This document shows, piece by piece, positions 52,816-61,560 of a stretch of 64,000 bases of DNA. The notes beneath the pieces were generated by a model. The model did no database searches and was not told the DNA's origin. It saw nothing but the letters and a program-made list of their open reading frames with translations. Source of the stretch: Candidatus Eiseniibacteriota bacterium (GTDB lineage: Bacteria > Eisenbacteria > RBG-16-71-46 > CAZEPH01); assembly GCA_044229145.1 (NCBI GenBank), contig JBGATO010000012.1, positions 9,350 through 73,349 of the forward strand. The letters are read 5' to 3'. Each line of letters begins with the position of its first letter. The first letter of the stretch is position 1. A program made the translations under genes and the position numbers.

Positions 52816-55086
52816 GTGACGGACGTGCCGCGTCTGTGCGGTACGCGCGCCGGTGCTCATGCCCCGGCCGGTAAGGAGGCTTCTACCCTCATGCAGTGTG
52901 CGCAGTCGATGTGGCGGGGTGCGGTAAAGGTCCGGGCGCGGGGCGCGTTCGTGGTGGCGGCCATCTGTGTGGCGGGGGCGTTGGCGTCCACCGGATGCGG
53001 TGGCAACAAGGACGGCGTCTTGCGTCCCAACCAACCACCCACGGTAACGCTGACCAGCGGGCCGGTGGATCGCAGCACCTCGAGCTATTCGGTGCCGTTC
53101 TATTGGTCGGGGTTCGATGTCGACGGCACCGTGGACAGCTTCGTGTACACCGTCGACACGGTGGACACCGTGTGGACGGGCACGCGGGATCACAGCGCCA
53201 GCATCCTGTTCTCCGCGACTTCGCAGGCCGACTCCACGCTCTTCACGTCCTGGCACACGCTCTACGTCGAGGCGGTGGACAACCGCGGCGCGCGCTCGCA
53301 ACCGGCCGACGTCACCTTCAACGCAAGCACCATTTCTCCGAGCACCGCGCCCGAGCGGCCGCTCATCCTGAAGAACGGGGGCGGTGGCATCAACTCGCCG
53401 ATCCAGGGCGGTCCGACGTTGCACCTCGAGTGGACGGGCACCGACCCCGACGGCGTGTTCAGCCACCAGCCGGTCGCCTACGAAATCGTGACGGTGGCCA
53501 GCGACAACAACATCGCCGGCAACTGGGCACGCGCCGAGAGTCTGTGCACCGGCAAGGTCGCGTCCCGCCCGCCGACGGTGACGCGCGTGAGTGGCGACAT
53601 CCTGCAGTACGACCTGATGAACCTGACGCCCGCCGGCCGCACGTCCAACTGGTTGATTTGGATCCGCGCGATCGACGAAGCGGGCGCGAAGGAGCCGTGG
53701 CCGACGTCGCGCAATCGCTGGCCGAGCTACTTCATGTTCTACTTCGCGCAGCCGTTCCTGCAGGGCCCGGCGCTCACCATCAACTCCGCGGCACTCGGCC
53801 GCTACACCGTACAGGGTGTGGGGCGTGACTCGTCGGAGTTCGTGTTCGACCGCGCGATCAGCCTGACCTGGGATGCCGACGCGTCGCAGTACGGCAGCGA
53901 ACTCGACGGCTTCCGGTGGGGCGTGGATGTCATCGACATCGACAACCCGGCGGACCCGGGCTGGGCGAGCGGCTGGAATCGCAAGCTCATCGGACTCAGC
54001 GGCCTGACGTTCACCGACCACGACGCGTTCCTGCATGAAATCATCATTCAGGCCCGCGATACGAATGGTGCGGTGACCACCGAACACCTGAAACTCACCC
54101 TCGTCGAATTCCGATTCGAGAAGGACGTGCTCTTCGTCGACGACGAACTCGAAGGGCAGGGGTCCGGCAGCTTCGTCGGGCCGGGCGAACATACGGCGTA
54201 CATGGTGCAAGCGCTCAAACAGGCGCTCACCGCGCTCGGGCGGCCGGCGGTCGTGGATACGATCAGCACGTTTCCGACGAACCAGCAGAACGACAGCCAT
54301 CCGATTCGCCTCGTCGACCTATCGCGCTACCGCACGGTGGTGTGGGACTGCGGACAGCCGACCACCTCGTGCACGCTCTGGGGCACGATTTCGGTGGGAC
54401 CGGGCGCGCCGCTCAGCAAGGCGAATCCGCTGGCAGTCTACCTCGAATCCGGCGGCACGCTGCTGATGAACGGCGGCTTCCAAGTACGCTCCAGCATCCG
54501 GAACATCCCGGTGCGCGTGAACTCGTACGATCAGGGATCCGGCCTGGCCCCGGGCAACAACAACTTCGCCTACGACTATCTGCACGTGCCGGGGAAGGTC
54601 TGGGTGGGTGTGTCCGATGCGCCGCGCAACGGCATGTTGCAGGCGCAGCCCACCGCGTGGGGGCGCGCCAATGGGTGGCCGGTGATCCGGTTCGACCGTG
54701 AGCGCCTCTACAACGTCATCAACGGGCCGCTGCGCGTGGAGGCGAACGACAACCGCGCGTCCAAGATCGAAGCCGACGGCGACTTCTTCCAGCCACTCTA
54801 CACGTACGAGTCGGCGATCGGGGTCGGCGGCCGTGACGGGTCCTACCTGCACGGGATGACGTGCGCCACGCTGTTCAAGCGAAAGGCGCAGTCGCCGGGC
54901 GAGGACTGGCAGTATCAGGCGGCGAACTTCGGCTTCGCGCTGTCCTACTTCCGTCCCGAGGACGTGACCGCGGCGATGACCAACGTGCTGTGGAACTTCC
55001 TGAGCGACAAGAAGTGGGCGTTGCCCATCGCGCCGACGCCCCCGACCGCCGAGCAGATCGAGCGGGCGCGCCTAGCGGTCCAGTAG
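52816..55086 (+). CDS. Large secreted lipoprotein with Fn3-like repeats
   Basis: Lipobox-like ASTGC; repeated 'W.G.D.DG' and 'AVDNRGA/AIDEAGA/ARDTNGA' units; start uncertain. Confidence 0.7.
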   Translation: MTDVPRLCGTRAGAHAPAGKEASTLMQCAQSMWRGAVKVRARGAFVVAAICVAGALASTGCGGNKDGVLRPNQPPTVTLTSGPVDRSTSSYSVPFYWSGFDVDGTVDSFVYTVDTVDTVWTGTRDHSASILFSATSQADSTLFTSWHTLYVEAVDNRGARSQPADVTFNASTISPSTAPERPLILKNGGGGINSPIQGGPTLHLEWTGTDPDGVFSHQPVAYEIVTVASDNNIAGNWARAESLCTGKVASRPPTVTRVSGDILQYDLMNLTPAGRTSNWLIWIRAIDEAGAKEPWPTSRNRWPSYFMFYFAQPFLQGPALTINSAALGRYTVQGVGRDSSEFVFDRAISLTWDADASQYGSELDGFRWGVDVIDIDNPADPGWASGWNRKLIGLSGLTFTDHDAFLHEIIIQARDTNGAVTTEHLKLTLVEFRFEKDVLFVDDELEGQGSGSFVGPGEHTAYMVQALKQALTALGRPAVVDTISTFPTNQQNDSHPIRLVDLSRYRTVVWDCGQPTTSCTLWGTISVGPGAPLSKANPLAVYLESGGTLLMNGGFQVRSSIRNIPVRVNSYDQGSGLAPGNNNFAYDYLHVPGKVWVGVSDAPRNGMLQAQPTAWGRANGWPVIRFDRERLYNVINGPLRVEANDNRASKIEADGDFFQPLYTYESAIGVGGRDGSYLHGMTCATLFKRKAQSPGEDWQYQAANFGFALSYFRPEDVTAAMTNVLWNFLSDKKWALPIAPTPPTAEQIERARLAVQ

Positions 55087-55132
55087 CGGCGGGCCGGTCC
55101 ACACCGGCCGCGCCGCGACGCGGAGATCCCCC

Positions 55133-56464
55133 ATGGAACTAGTGCCGTTTTGGTTCGAGGGCCTGGCGCAGGCGAGCTACCTGCTCGTCGATGGCCGGGA
55201 CGCGATCGTCGTCGATCCCGCACTCGAGGCGGAGTGGTATCTCGATGCCGCGCGCGAGCGCGGCGCCGAGATCCGCCACGTCCTCGAAACCCACGTCCAT
55301 GCGGATTTCGTGTCGGGCAACGTCGAACTGGCGGATGCATGCGGCGCGACACTCTGGATGGGGCCGGGCGCACGTCCGGCCTTCGCCGCCCGGACACTCG
55401 AGCACGGCCTGGAGTTGCCCTTCGGCAATCGTGTCCTGCAGGTGCGGCACACGCCGGGACACACACCCGACAGTTCGACCTTCATCGTGCCGCCGGCGCG
55501 CGGCGCGGTGACCGAGCCGCACCTCGCCCTCACTGGGGACACGCTGTTCGTCGGCGACGTCGGCCGCCCCGATCTCGCGGCGAACGCCGAGACCACGGTG
55601 ACCGACATGGCGCGGATGCTGTATGCGTCGGTCGCCGGCTCCTTGTGCGGCAAGTGCCTCGGTGCCGCGCGGTCCACGACGATCGGCGCCGAGCGTCTCA
55701 CCAATCCCGCGTTGCTCGCCGGGGACGAAGCCGGTTTCGTCCAGTACGTGACGAACGAGTTGCCCGCGCAGCCGCGCTACTTCGTCCGCGCGGTGGCGGC
55801 GAACCGCCGTGGTCCGGTGGCGCGCGCCGCGTACGCCGCCGGTCTGCGGGCAATGACGCCCGTCGCCGTGCGCGATGCGCTGGCGGCAGGTGCGGTGCTG
55901 CTCGATACGCGCGACGAGGATATCTTCCCGCTCGGTCACGTGCCGGGCGCGGTGAGCATCGCGGTGTCCGGACGCTTGGGGGCGTGGGCTGGCTGTGTGC
56001 TCGCTCCGGAGGCGCCGGTGATCCTGCTCTGCGCGCCCGGCACCGAAAAGGAATTGGCGCTCGAACTCCAGCGTGTCGCGTGGGAGCCGCCGGTCGGCTA
56101 CCTCGAGGGCGGCTACGAGGCGTGGGTGGCCGCGGGGCTACCGACCACAACGCTCACGGAATGGGAGCCGGCCGCCGTCCAGGCGCGACTTGCGGCGGGG
56201 GAGGCGCTGCCCCAGATCCTCGACGTCCGCGCGGCCAGCGAATTCGACGAGGGGCACGTGCCGGGTGCGGTCAACCTGCCGTTGACCCAACTCGCCCCGC
56301 GGATGGGCGAACTCGACCCCGCCGCGTCTTATCTCACCGTGTGCGCCACCGGCTACCGCTCGGTGATTGCGGCGAGCGTGCTGCGGCACGCCGGATTCAC
56401 CGCGGTGTCCAACCTCCGTGGCGGCGCGGAGGCGATGGCCGCGGAGAGTGCCCAGGCCTCGTAG
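55133..56464 (+). CDS. MBL-fold hydrolase (persulfide dioxygenase-like) fused to two rhodanese domains
   Basis: ETHVHADFVSG, TPGHT, GDTLFVGDVGRPDL, GHVPGA twice, CATGYRS; apparent internal in-frame deletion. Confidence 0.9.
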   Translation: MELVPFWFEGLAQASYLLVDGRDAIVVDPALEAEWYLDAARERGAEIRHVLETHVHADFVSGNVELADACGATLWMGPGARPAFAARTLEHGLELPFGNRVLQVRHTPGHTPDSSTFIVPPARGAVTEPHLALTGDTLFVGDVGRPDLAANAETTVTDMARMLYASVAGSLCGKCLGAARSTTIGAERLTNPALLAGDEAGFVQYVTNELPAQPRYFVRAVAANRRGPVARAAYAAGLRAMTPVAVRDALAAGAVLLDTRDEDIFPLGHVPGAVSIAVSGRLGAWAGCVLAPEAPVILLCAPGTEKELALELQRVAWEPPVGYLEGGYEAWVAAGLPTTTLTEWEPAAVQARLAAGEALPQILDVRAASEFDEGHVPGAVNLPLTQLAPRMGELDPAASYLTVCATGYRSVIAASVLRHAGFTAVSNLRGGAEAMAAESAQAS

Positions 56465-56580
56465 GCCGCGGGGTCACCGCGGGGCGATTTGGATCCCTGC
56501 CGGTGCTGCGCCTTCGGGCGCAGAAGGCCGATATCGACACAGCGGCAAGCATTTCCGGGTGCCAAGTCGCCGCCGCGCGA

Positions 56581-56609
56581 TTGCGGCACCCCTGCGATTC
56601 GGCTACACT
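56581..56609 (+). promoter_or_regulatory. Possible sigma70 promoter upstream of sat
   Basis: TTGCGG-N17-TACACT. Confidence 0.45.
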
Positions 56610-56943
56610 GCTCGCCTTTGGAGCCCATGTGCGCGGGTGGCGCCCCGGATTGCCGACGCGCGCCTCCCCACGGCTGTTCGGGCGTGCCCATTCGGACGCC
56701 GGCCTCCGTCGCCGACATCGTCGCCCCGCCTGGCCGCAGCTCCGCGAGCCGGGACTCCGTGTCGCCGCACGCGGGTGGACAATGCGCCCTGCGCCCGCCC
56801 CACACGGCAGCCGCGGACTCGCGACGCACAGACTCACAAAGCCGTCCAATTCTCACAGCTGAGGTGTGGGCTCACGGCGCCCGGCACGCTCGCGCTTCGC
56901 GTCGCCCCAGCTGGCGGACCCTCATGAAGGAGACGTTGATCAC

Positions 56944-58128
56944 ATGTCCACGACCCAGGCTGCGGTGGAGGCGATCACGCCCCACGGCGGAAAGCTCGTC
57001 AACCGCGTCCTCGAAGGCGCGGCGCGCGATGCCGCTCTGAAGGCGGCGGAGTCGCTCCCGAAGCTCGTCGTCTCGAACGACACCCTCCAGGACGCCGAGA
57101 ACTTCGCGCTGGGTCTGTACAGCCCGCTCGAGGGCTTCATGGAGCGCGCCGACCTCGACAGCGTCGTCTACAAGATGCGCCTCACCAATGGCGCGGCGTG
57201 GACGATTCCGATCCTCCTGGACGTGACCGCGGCGCAGGCCGACGGCATCCACGCCCCGAGCGACATCGCCCTCACCGACGAGGCCGGCACCGTCTACTCG
57301 ATCCTTCACGTGACCGAGAAGTACACCTACGACCCGGTCGTCATGTCGGAGCACGTGTTCGGCACCACCGACGACAAGCACCCGGGCGTCAAGCGCACGC
57401 TCGAGCACAAGGGCGTCTACCTCGCCGGTCCGGTGGACTTGGTGAACCGCCTCCCGAACCCGTTCGCGGCCCACTTCATCACGCCGGTGCAGATGCGGGC
57501 GATGATGGCCGAGCGCGGCTGGAAGACCTCGGTGGCGTTCCAGACCCGCAACGTGCCGCACGGCGGTCACGAGCGTATGCAGAAGATCGGTCTGTCGATG
57601 CTCGACGGCCTGCTGATCCAGCCTGTCATGGGCCCGAAGAAGCCGGGCGACTTCAAGGACGAGGCCATCATCAAGGCCTACGAGGCGATCATCGCGCGCC
57701 GCTACCCGACGCAGAAGGTGATCCTCGCGATCCTGCCGTTCGCCATGCGCTACGCCGGCCCGCGTGAGGCGATCTTCCACGCCATCGTGCGCAAGAACTT
57801 CGGCTGCACCCACATCGTGATCGGCCGCGACCACGCGGGCGTCGGCAAGTACTACCACCCCGAGGCCGCGATCGAGATCTTCAAGCAGTTCTCGGACCTC
57901 GAGATCCAGCCGCTCACCATTCACGGCAACTTCTTCTACTGCCCGTCGTGCGGCGAGCTCTCGAGCGAGCGCACCTGCGAGCACGACGAGAAGGCCGAGG
58001 GCTCGCAGAGCTTCTCGGGCACGATCATTCGCAACATGCTGCGCGAGGGCGTCACGCCGCGGCCGGAAGTGTTCCGGCCCGAGGTATTCGACGTGCTCAA
58101 GCAGTTCGACGATCCGTTCGTCAGCTAA
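56944..58128 (+). CDS. sat: Sulfate adenylyltransferase
   Basis: PHGGKLV, SPLEGFM, FQTRN.PH.GH, RYAGPREA, GRDHAGVG; AAGGAG RBS. Confidence 0.97.
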   Translation: MSTTQAAVEAITPHGGKLVNRVLEGAARDAALKAAESLPKLVVSNDTLQDAENFALGLYSPLEGFMERADLDSVVYKMRLTNGAAWTIPILLDVTAAQADGIHAPSDIALTDEAGTVYSILHVTEKYTYDPVVMSEHVFGTTDDKHPGVKRTLEHKGVYLAGPVDLVNRLPNPFAAHFITPVQMRAMMAERGWKTSVAFQTRNVPHGGHERMQKIGLSMLDGLLIQPVMGPKKPGDFKDEAIIKAYEAIIARRYPTQKVILAILPFAMRYAGPREAIFHAIVRKNFGCTHIVIGRDHAGVGKYYHPEAAIEIFKQFSDLEIQPLTIHGNFFYCPSCGELSSERTCEHDEKAEGSQSFSGTIIRNMLREGVTPRPEVFRPEVFDVLKQFDDPFVS

Positions 58129-58278
58129 GCATTGCACGAGACCGGGCCGCGGCGTCGACGCCGGCGGCCCGGTTCGCGTGAGTCATCGCCAGCCTGTCTC
58201 GCGCGCCGCGAGTCGCGCGAGGCGCCGAGGCCGTCGCGGCGAGCGCCGCGACCCCGCGTACCGGATTGGAGGAGTGGA

Positions 58279-59676
58279 GTGAGCGAGAAGAAGAAGCTGA
58301 TGGTCATCGGCCTGGACTGCGCGCCGCCGGACCTCGTCTTCGAGAAGTGGCGCAAGGACCTGCCGACGCTCGACCGCCTGATGTCGAACGGCGTCTACGG
58401 CAACTTCCGCAGCTCCGACCCGCCGATCACCGTCCCCGCGTGGATGACGATGCTGACGTCGAAGAACCCCGGCAAGCTCGGGTTCTACGGCTTCCGCAAC
58501 CGCAAGGACTACAGCTACACCTCGGCGACCACCGCCAACGCGCGTGCCGTCAAGGAGCCGACGGTGTGGGACATCATCGGCAAGAAGAACATGAAGTCGA
58601 TCCTCATCGGCGTGCCGCAGACCTACCCGCCGAAGCCGATCAACGGCAACATGATCACCTGCTTCCTCACGCCGGACACCACGGTCGACTACACGTACCC
58701 GCAGTCGCTGAAGACCGAGATCGAGGATCTCGTCGGCGAGTACATGCTCGACTGCAAGGACTTCCGCACCGAGAACAAGCAGTGGCTGCTCGACCAGATC
58801 TTCGAGATGACCGAGAAGCGCTTCAAGGTCGCGAAGCACCTGGCGACGACCAAGCCGTGGGACTTCTTCATGATGGTGGAGATGGGCACCGACCGCATCC
58901 ACCACGCGTTCTGGAAGTACATCGACCCGACGCACCGCAAGTACGAGGCGGGCAACCCGTTCGAGCAGTCGGTCCACGACTACTACGTGAAGATCGACGG
59001 CTGGCTTGCGGAACTGCTGGCGACGGTCGACGAGAACGAGACGTCGATCATGGTGGTGTCGGACCATGGCAGCAAGCGCATGGACGGCTGCATCTGCCTC
59101 AACGACTGGCTCTACCAGAACGGCTACCTGGCGCTCAAGGAGCCGCTCAACGGCAAGACCCGCTTCGATGAGAAGAACGTCGACTGGTCGAAGACCAAGG
59201 CGTGGGCGTGGGGCGGCTACTACGCGCGTGTGTTCATGAACGTGAAGGGCCGCGAGCCGGAGGGCATCATCGACCCGGCGGACTTCGAGAAGGAGCGCGA
59301 CGCACTGGCGCGCAAGCTCGAAGCCATTCCGGACGACCTCGGCCAGCCGATGAAGACGCGCGCGCTGACGCCGGAGAGCCTCTACGACGTCGAGAAGGTC
59401 GTGGGCGTGCCGCCGGATCTGTTCGTCTACTTCGGCGACTTGCTCTGGCGCGTGACGCAGGACATGGGCAACGACGGCATCTACTCGTTCGAGACCGAGA
59501 TCGGTCCGGACGACTCGGTGCACGACTACGACGGTATCTGCATCGTCAAGTCGCCGCAGCACACGGGCGGCAAGCGCGTCGACGGCCTGCGGGTCCTCGA
59601 CGGCGCGCCGACCATGCTGACGCTGCTCGGCGTGCCGGTGCCGGAGGACATGGAAGGCAAGGTCGTCGGTTCGTAG
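58279..59676 (+). CDS. Alkaline-phosphatase superfamily, NPP/phosphodiesterase-like protein
   Basis: IGLDCA, 'SSDPPITVPAW' (Thr nucleophile), DRIHH, VSDHG, final 'PEDMEG'. Confidence 0.9.
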   Translation: MSEKKKLMVIGLDCAPPDLVFEKWRKDLPTLDRLMSNGVYGNFRSSDPPITVPAWMTMLTSKNPGKLGFYGFRNRKDYSYTSATTANARAVKEPTVWDIIGKKNMKSILIGVPQTYPPKPINGNMITCFLTPDTTVDYTYPQSLKTEIEDLVGEYMLDCKDFRTENKQWLLDQIFEMTEKRFKVAKHLATTKPWDFFMMVEMGTDRIHHAFWKYIDPTHRKYEAGNPFEQSVHDYYVKIDGWLAELLATVDENETSIMVVSDHGSKRMDGCICLNDWLYQNGYLALKEPLNGKTRFDEKNVDWSKTKAWAWGGYYARVFMNVKGREPEGIIDPADFEKERDALARKLEAIPDDLGQPMKTRALTPESLYDVEKVVGVPPDLFVYFGDLLWRVTQDMGNDGIYSFETEIGPDDSVHDYDGICIVKSPQHTGGKRVDGLRVLDGAPTMLTLLGVPVPEDMEGKVVGS

Positions 59677-59773
59677 GCGCAGACGTGGTGCGTGAGACGG
59701 CCCGCGACGCGCGGGCCGGCCTCCGCCGGATGTTTGCAGGATGAGGGAACTCGCGAGAGAGTGAGGAGGAACG

Positions 59774-60403
59774 ATGTCTGTTGAAGCACCAGGCTGCGTG
59801 ATGTGGTTCACCGGTGTGCCGGCGGCCGGCAAGTCGACCGTCGCCAACATCGTGCAGGAGAAGTTGATCGCCCGCGGCCTCAAGGTCGAGAACCTGGACG
59901 CCGACGAGTGGCGTGCCCGCATCTCCCCGGACCTCAAGTACGGTCCGGAGGCGATGGACCTCAACACCAAGCGCCTCGCGTACGTCGGCAAGCTCATCTC
60001 GCGTCACGGCGTGTGCGTGATCATCGCCGCCGTCGCGCCGATGCGTGAGTACCGCGACCGCGCCCGCGACTGGGTGGACAACTTCGTCGAGGTGTTCGTG
60101 GACGCGCCGACCGCGACCTGCAAGGAGCGCGACCCGAAGGGCCTGTACGCCAAGGGCGACAAGGGCATCGTCAACGACATCCCGGGCGTGCACACCGAGT
60201 ACCAGGCGCCGCTCAACCCCGAGGTGCACCTGCACACCGACCAGTTCTCGCCGGAGGAGTCGGCGGAGCAGGTCGTGACGCGCCTCGAGGAACTCGGCTA
60301 CATCCCGGTCTCGTACGGCGTGATGGACGATGACGAGGAGGTCTACTCCGAAGAGGAAGAGGAGAAGATCAAGGAGCGTCTCCGCGGGCTCGGCTACCTC
60401 TAG
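59774..60403 (+). CDS. cysC: Adenylyl-sulfate kinase with acidic C-terminal tail
   Basis: WFTGVPAAGKST, ERDPKGLY, YQAPLNPE; tail 'VYSEEEEEKIKERLRGLGYL'. Confidence 0.93.
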   Translation: MSVEAPGCVMWFTGVPAAGKSTVANIVQEKLIARGLKVENLDADEWRARISPDLKYGPEAMDLNTKRLAYVGKLISRHGVCVIIAAVAPMREYRDRARDWVDNFVEVFVDAPTATCKERDPKGLYAKGDKGIVNDIPGVHTEYQAPLNPEVHLHTDQFSPEESAEQVVTRLEELGYIPVSYGVMDDDEEVYSEEEEEKIKERLRGLGYL

Positions 60404-60760
60404 ACCGCGAGCCAGCGCGGGCACCCGTCCGCACGGCAAGGAGAACCGGAGTGCGTCCTGGCGATGCCTGAGACGGCTCCGGTTCTTTTTGTACCAAGCA
60501 GATTGTATCTTGAACGAGAGCAAATATGATCCGATAGATCAATTCAATGAAGTGGACATGATTACATACACTCCAGTTCGGCGGAGTTTCATAAAGTATT
60601 GTGCAGTATGTAGATGATATACATCAGTGCAATGTCACTTCAATAATGTCGTCGTTTCAGTTACTGTTCTCAGTAATGTATCTGATGTAGACTCATTTAT
60701 CTCCTGCTCCAACTCCTTGCAATTCAACACCCTACCCAGTAGCCCCTGGACCCTGTCGAG

Positions 60761-60776
60761 TTGGCACGGTCATTGC
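60761..60776 (+). promoter_or_regulatory. Sigma54 (-24/-12) promoter
   Basis: TTGGCACG-GTCA-TTGC, a perfect consensus, downstream of an AT-rich tract. Confidence 0.8.
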
Positions 60777-60787
60777 CCTATCTCCTG

Positions 60788-61027
60788 CTCGAAGAGTGAC
60801 ACAGGAAACCGAGTCAGAAAGACTTATCTCGTTACTGGGGAGCAGCGAGGCAGTCTCTGACTCGGACCCTGTGCCTCCTCCCTGTTGAAGGACGGTGCCA
60901 AGGGCTTCGGCTCTGCTGAATCGTTACTGGGGAGCAGCGAGACAGCCTCCGTCCTTCCAACTGCAAGATCACCAGATCGGCTCGTGTCAGCGCCGGACGG
61001 GGAAACCCGCCCGGCGTTGCGCGTTTT
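60788..61027 (+). ncRNA. Candidate sigma54-dependent structured ncRNA or leader (family not recognised)
   Basis: Two long stems each capped by the same hairpin, a C-UUCG-G tetraloop, and a terminal GAAA hairpin; no credible ORF. Confidence 0.55.
60829..60949 (+). repeat. 29-nt direct repeat, two copies (60829-60857 and 60921-60949)
   Basis: TCGTTACTGGGGAGCAGCGAG(g/a)CAG(t/c)CTC; the 21-nt core is identical. Confidence 0.9.
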
Positions 61028-61065
61028 GGGCACCGGGACCGCGGCCTCCCGCGTAGACTGCCGAC

Positions 61066-61560
61066 ATGTGGCCGTGGATCGCGGGGATCGTCGTCGTGGG
61101 AAGCGTGGCCGCGGCCACGCGCTGGCGCCGCCGTCAGGCACGCCATGCCGCGGGCAGGTGGCTCGCGGACGCGCTGTGCGAGCGACGGCTGGCGATCGCC
61201 CGCTGTATCGGGCAACCGGGCTCCGCACCCTTGCTGCCAGAGGAGGCGGCACTGCGGGAGGCGCTCCAGGCCGCGCTGGGACAGACCCTCCCGCAGAATC
61301 CGAGCGAGTTGCCCGCCGCGGCGATCGACGCCGAACGGCGCCTTTCCGCCGCGTGGGAGTCCTACCTCCGCGCGCTCGAACGCCACGGGGACGCGGACAC
61401 GGTTGCCGGCACCGCGATGGCCACGCAGCGCCACAACCAGCTGGCCGTCGCCGATGCCGTGTACGGAGACCTCGGGGGGCCTCGCTACGGCCTGCACGCG
61501 CCCCCCGGCGACGGCGCGTTCGCACCCACACGGTCCGGACGCGGGGGAAGACGCCCTTAA
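61066..61560 (+). CDS. Hypothetical N-terminally anchored helical membrane protein (weakly LemA-like)
   Basis: TM 'MWPWIAGIVVVGSVAAA' followed by RWRRR and helical body. Confidence 0.5.
   Translation: MWPWIAGIVVVGSVAAATRWRRRQARHAAGRWLADALCERRLAIARCIGQPGSAPLLPEEAALREALQAALGQTLPQNPSELPAAAIDAERRLSAAWESYLRALERHGDADTVAGTAMATQRHNQLAVADAVYGDLGGPRYGLHAPPGDGAFAPTRSGRGGRRP

Noticed and set aside
56545..56896. Further sigma54-like sites (minus strand near 56565; plus strand near 56882)
   Set aside because: GG-to-GC spacing is off by one base in both cases.
60330..60860. Short ORFs in the AT-rich island
   Set aside because: No RBS, atypical codon usage, no recognisable motifs, and overlap with the promoter and RNA structure.
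60829..60949. CRISPR mini-array interpretation of the 29-nt repeat
   Set aside because: Only two copies with a 63-nt gap that base-pairs with the flanks, and no cas genes in the window.
60788..61030. c-di-GMP or c-di-AMP riboswitch
   Set aside because: Only short fragments (ggaaacc, gctgaatc) resemble them; the conserved cores and architecture are not present.
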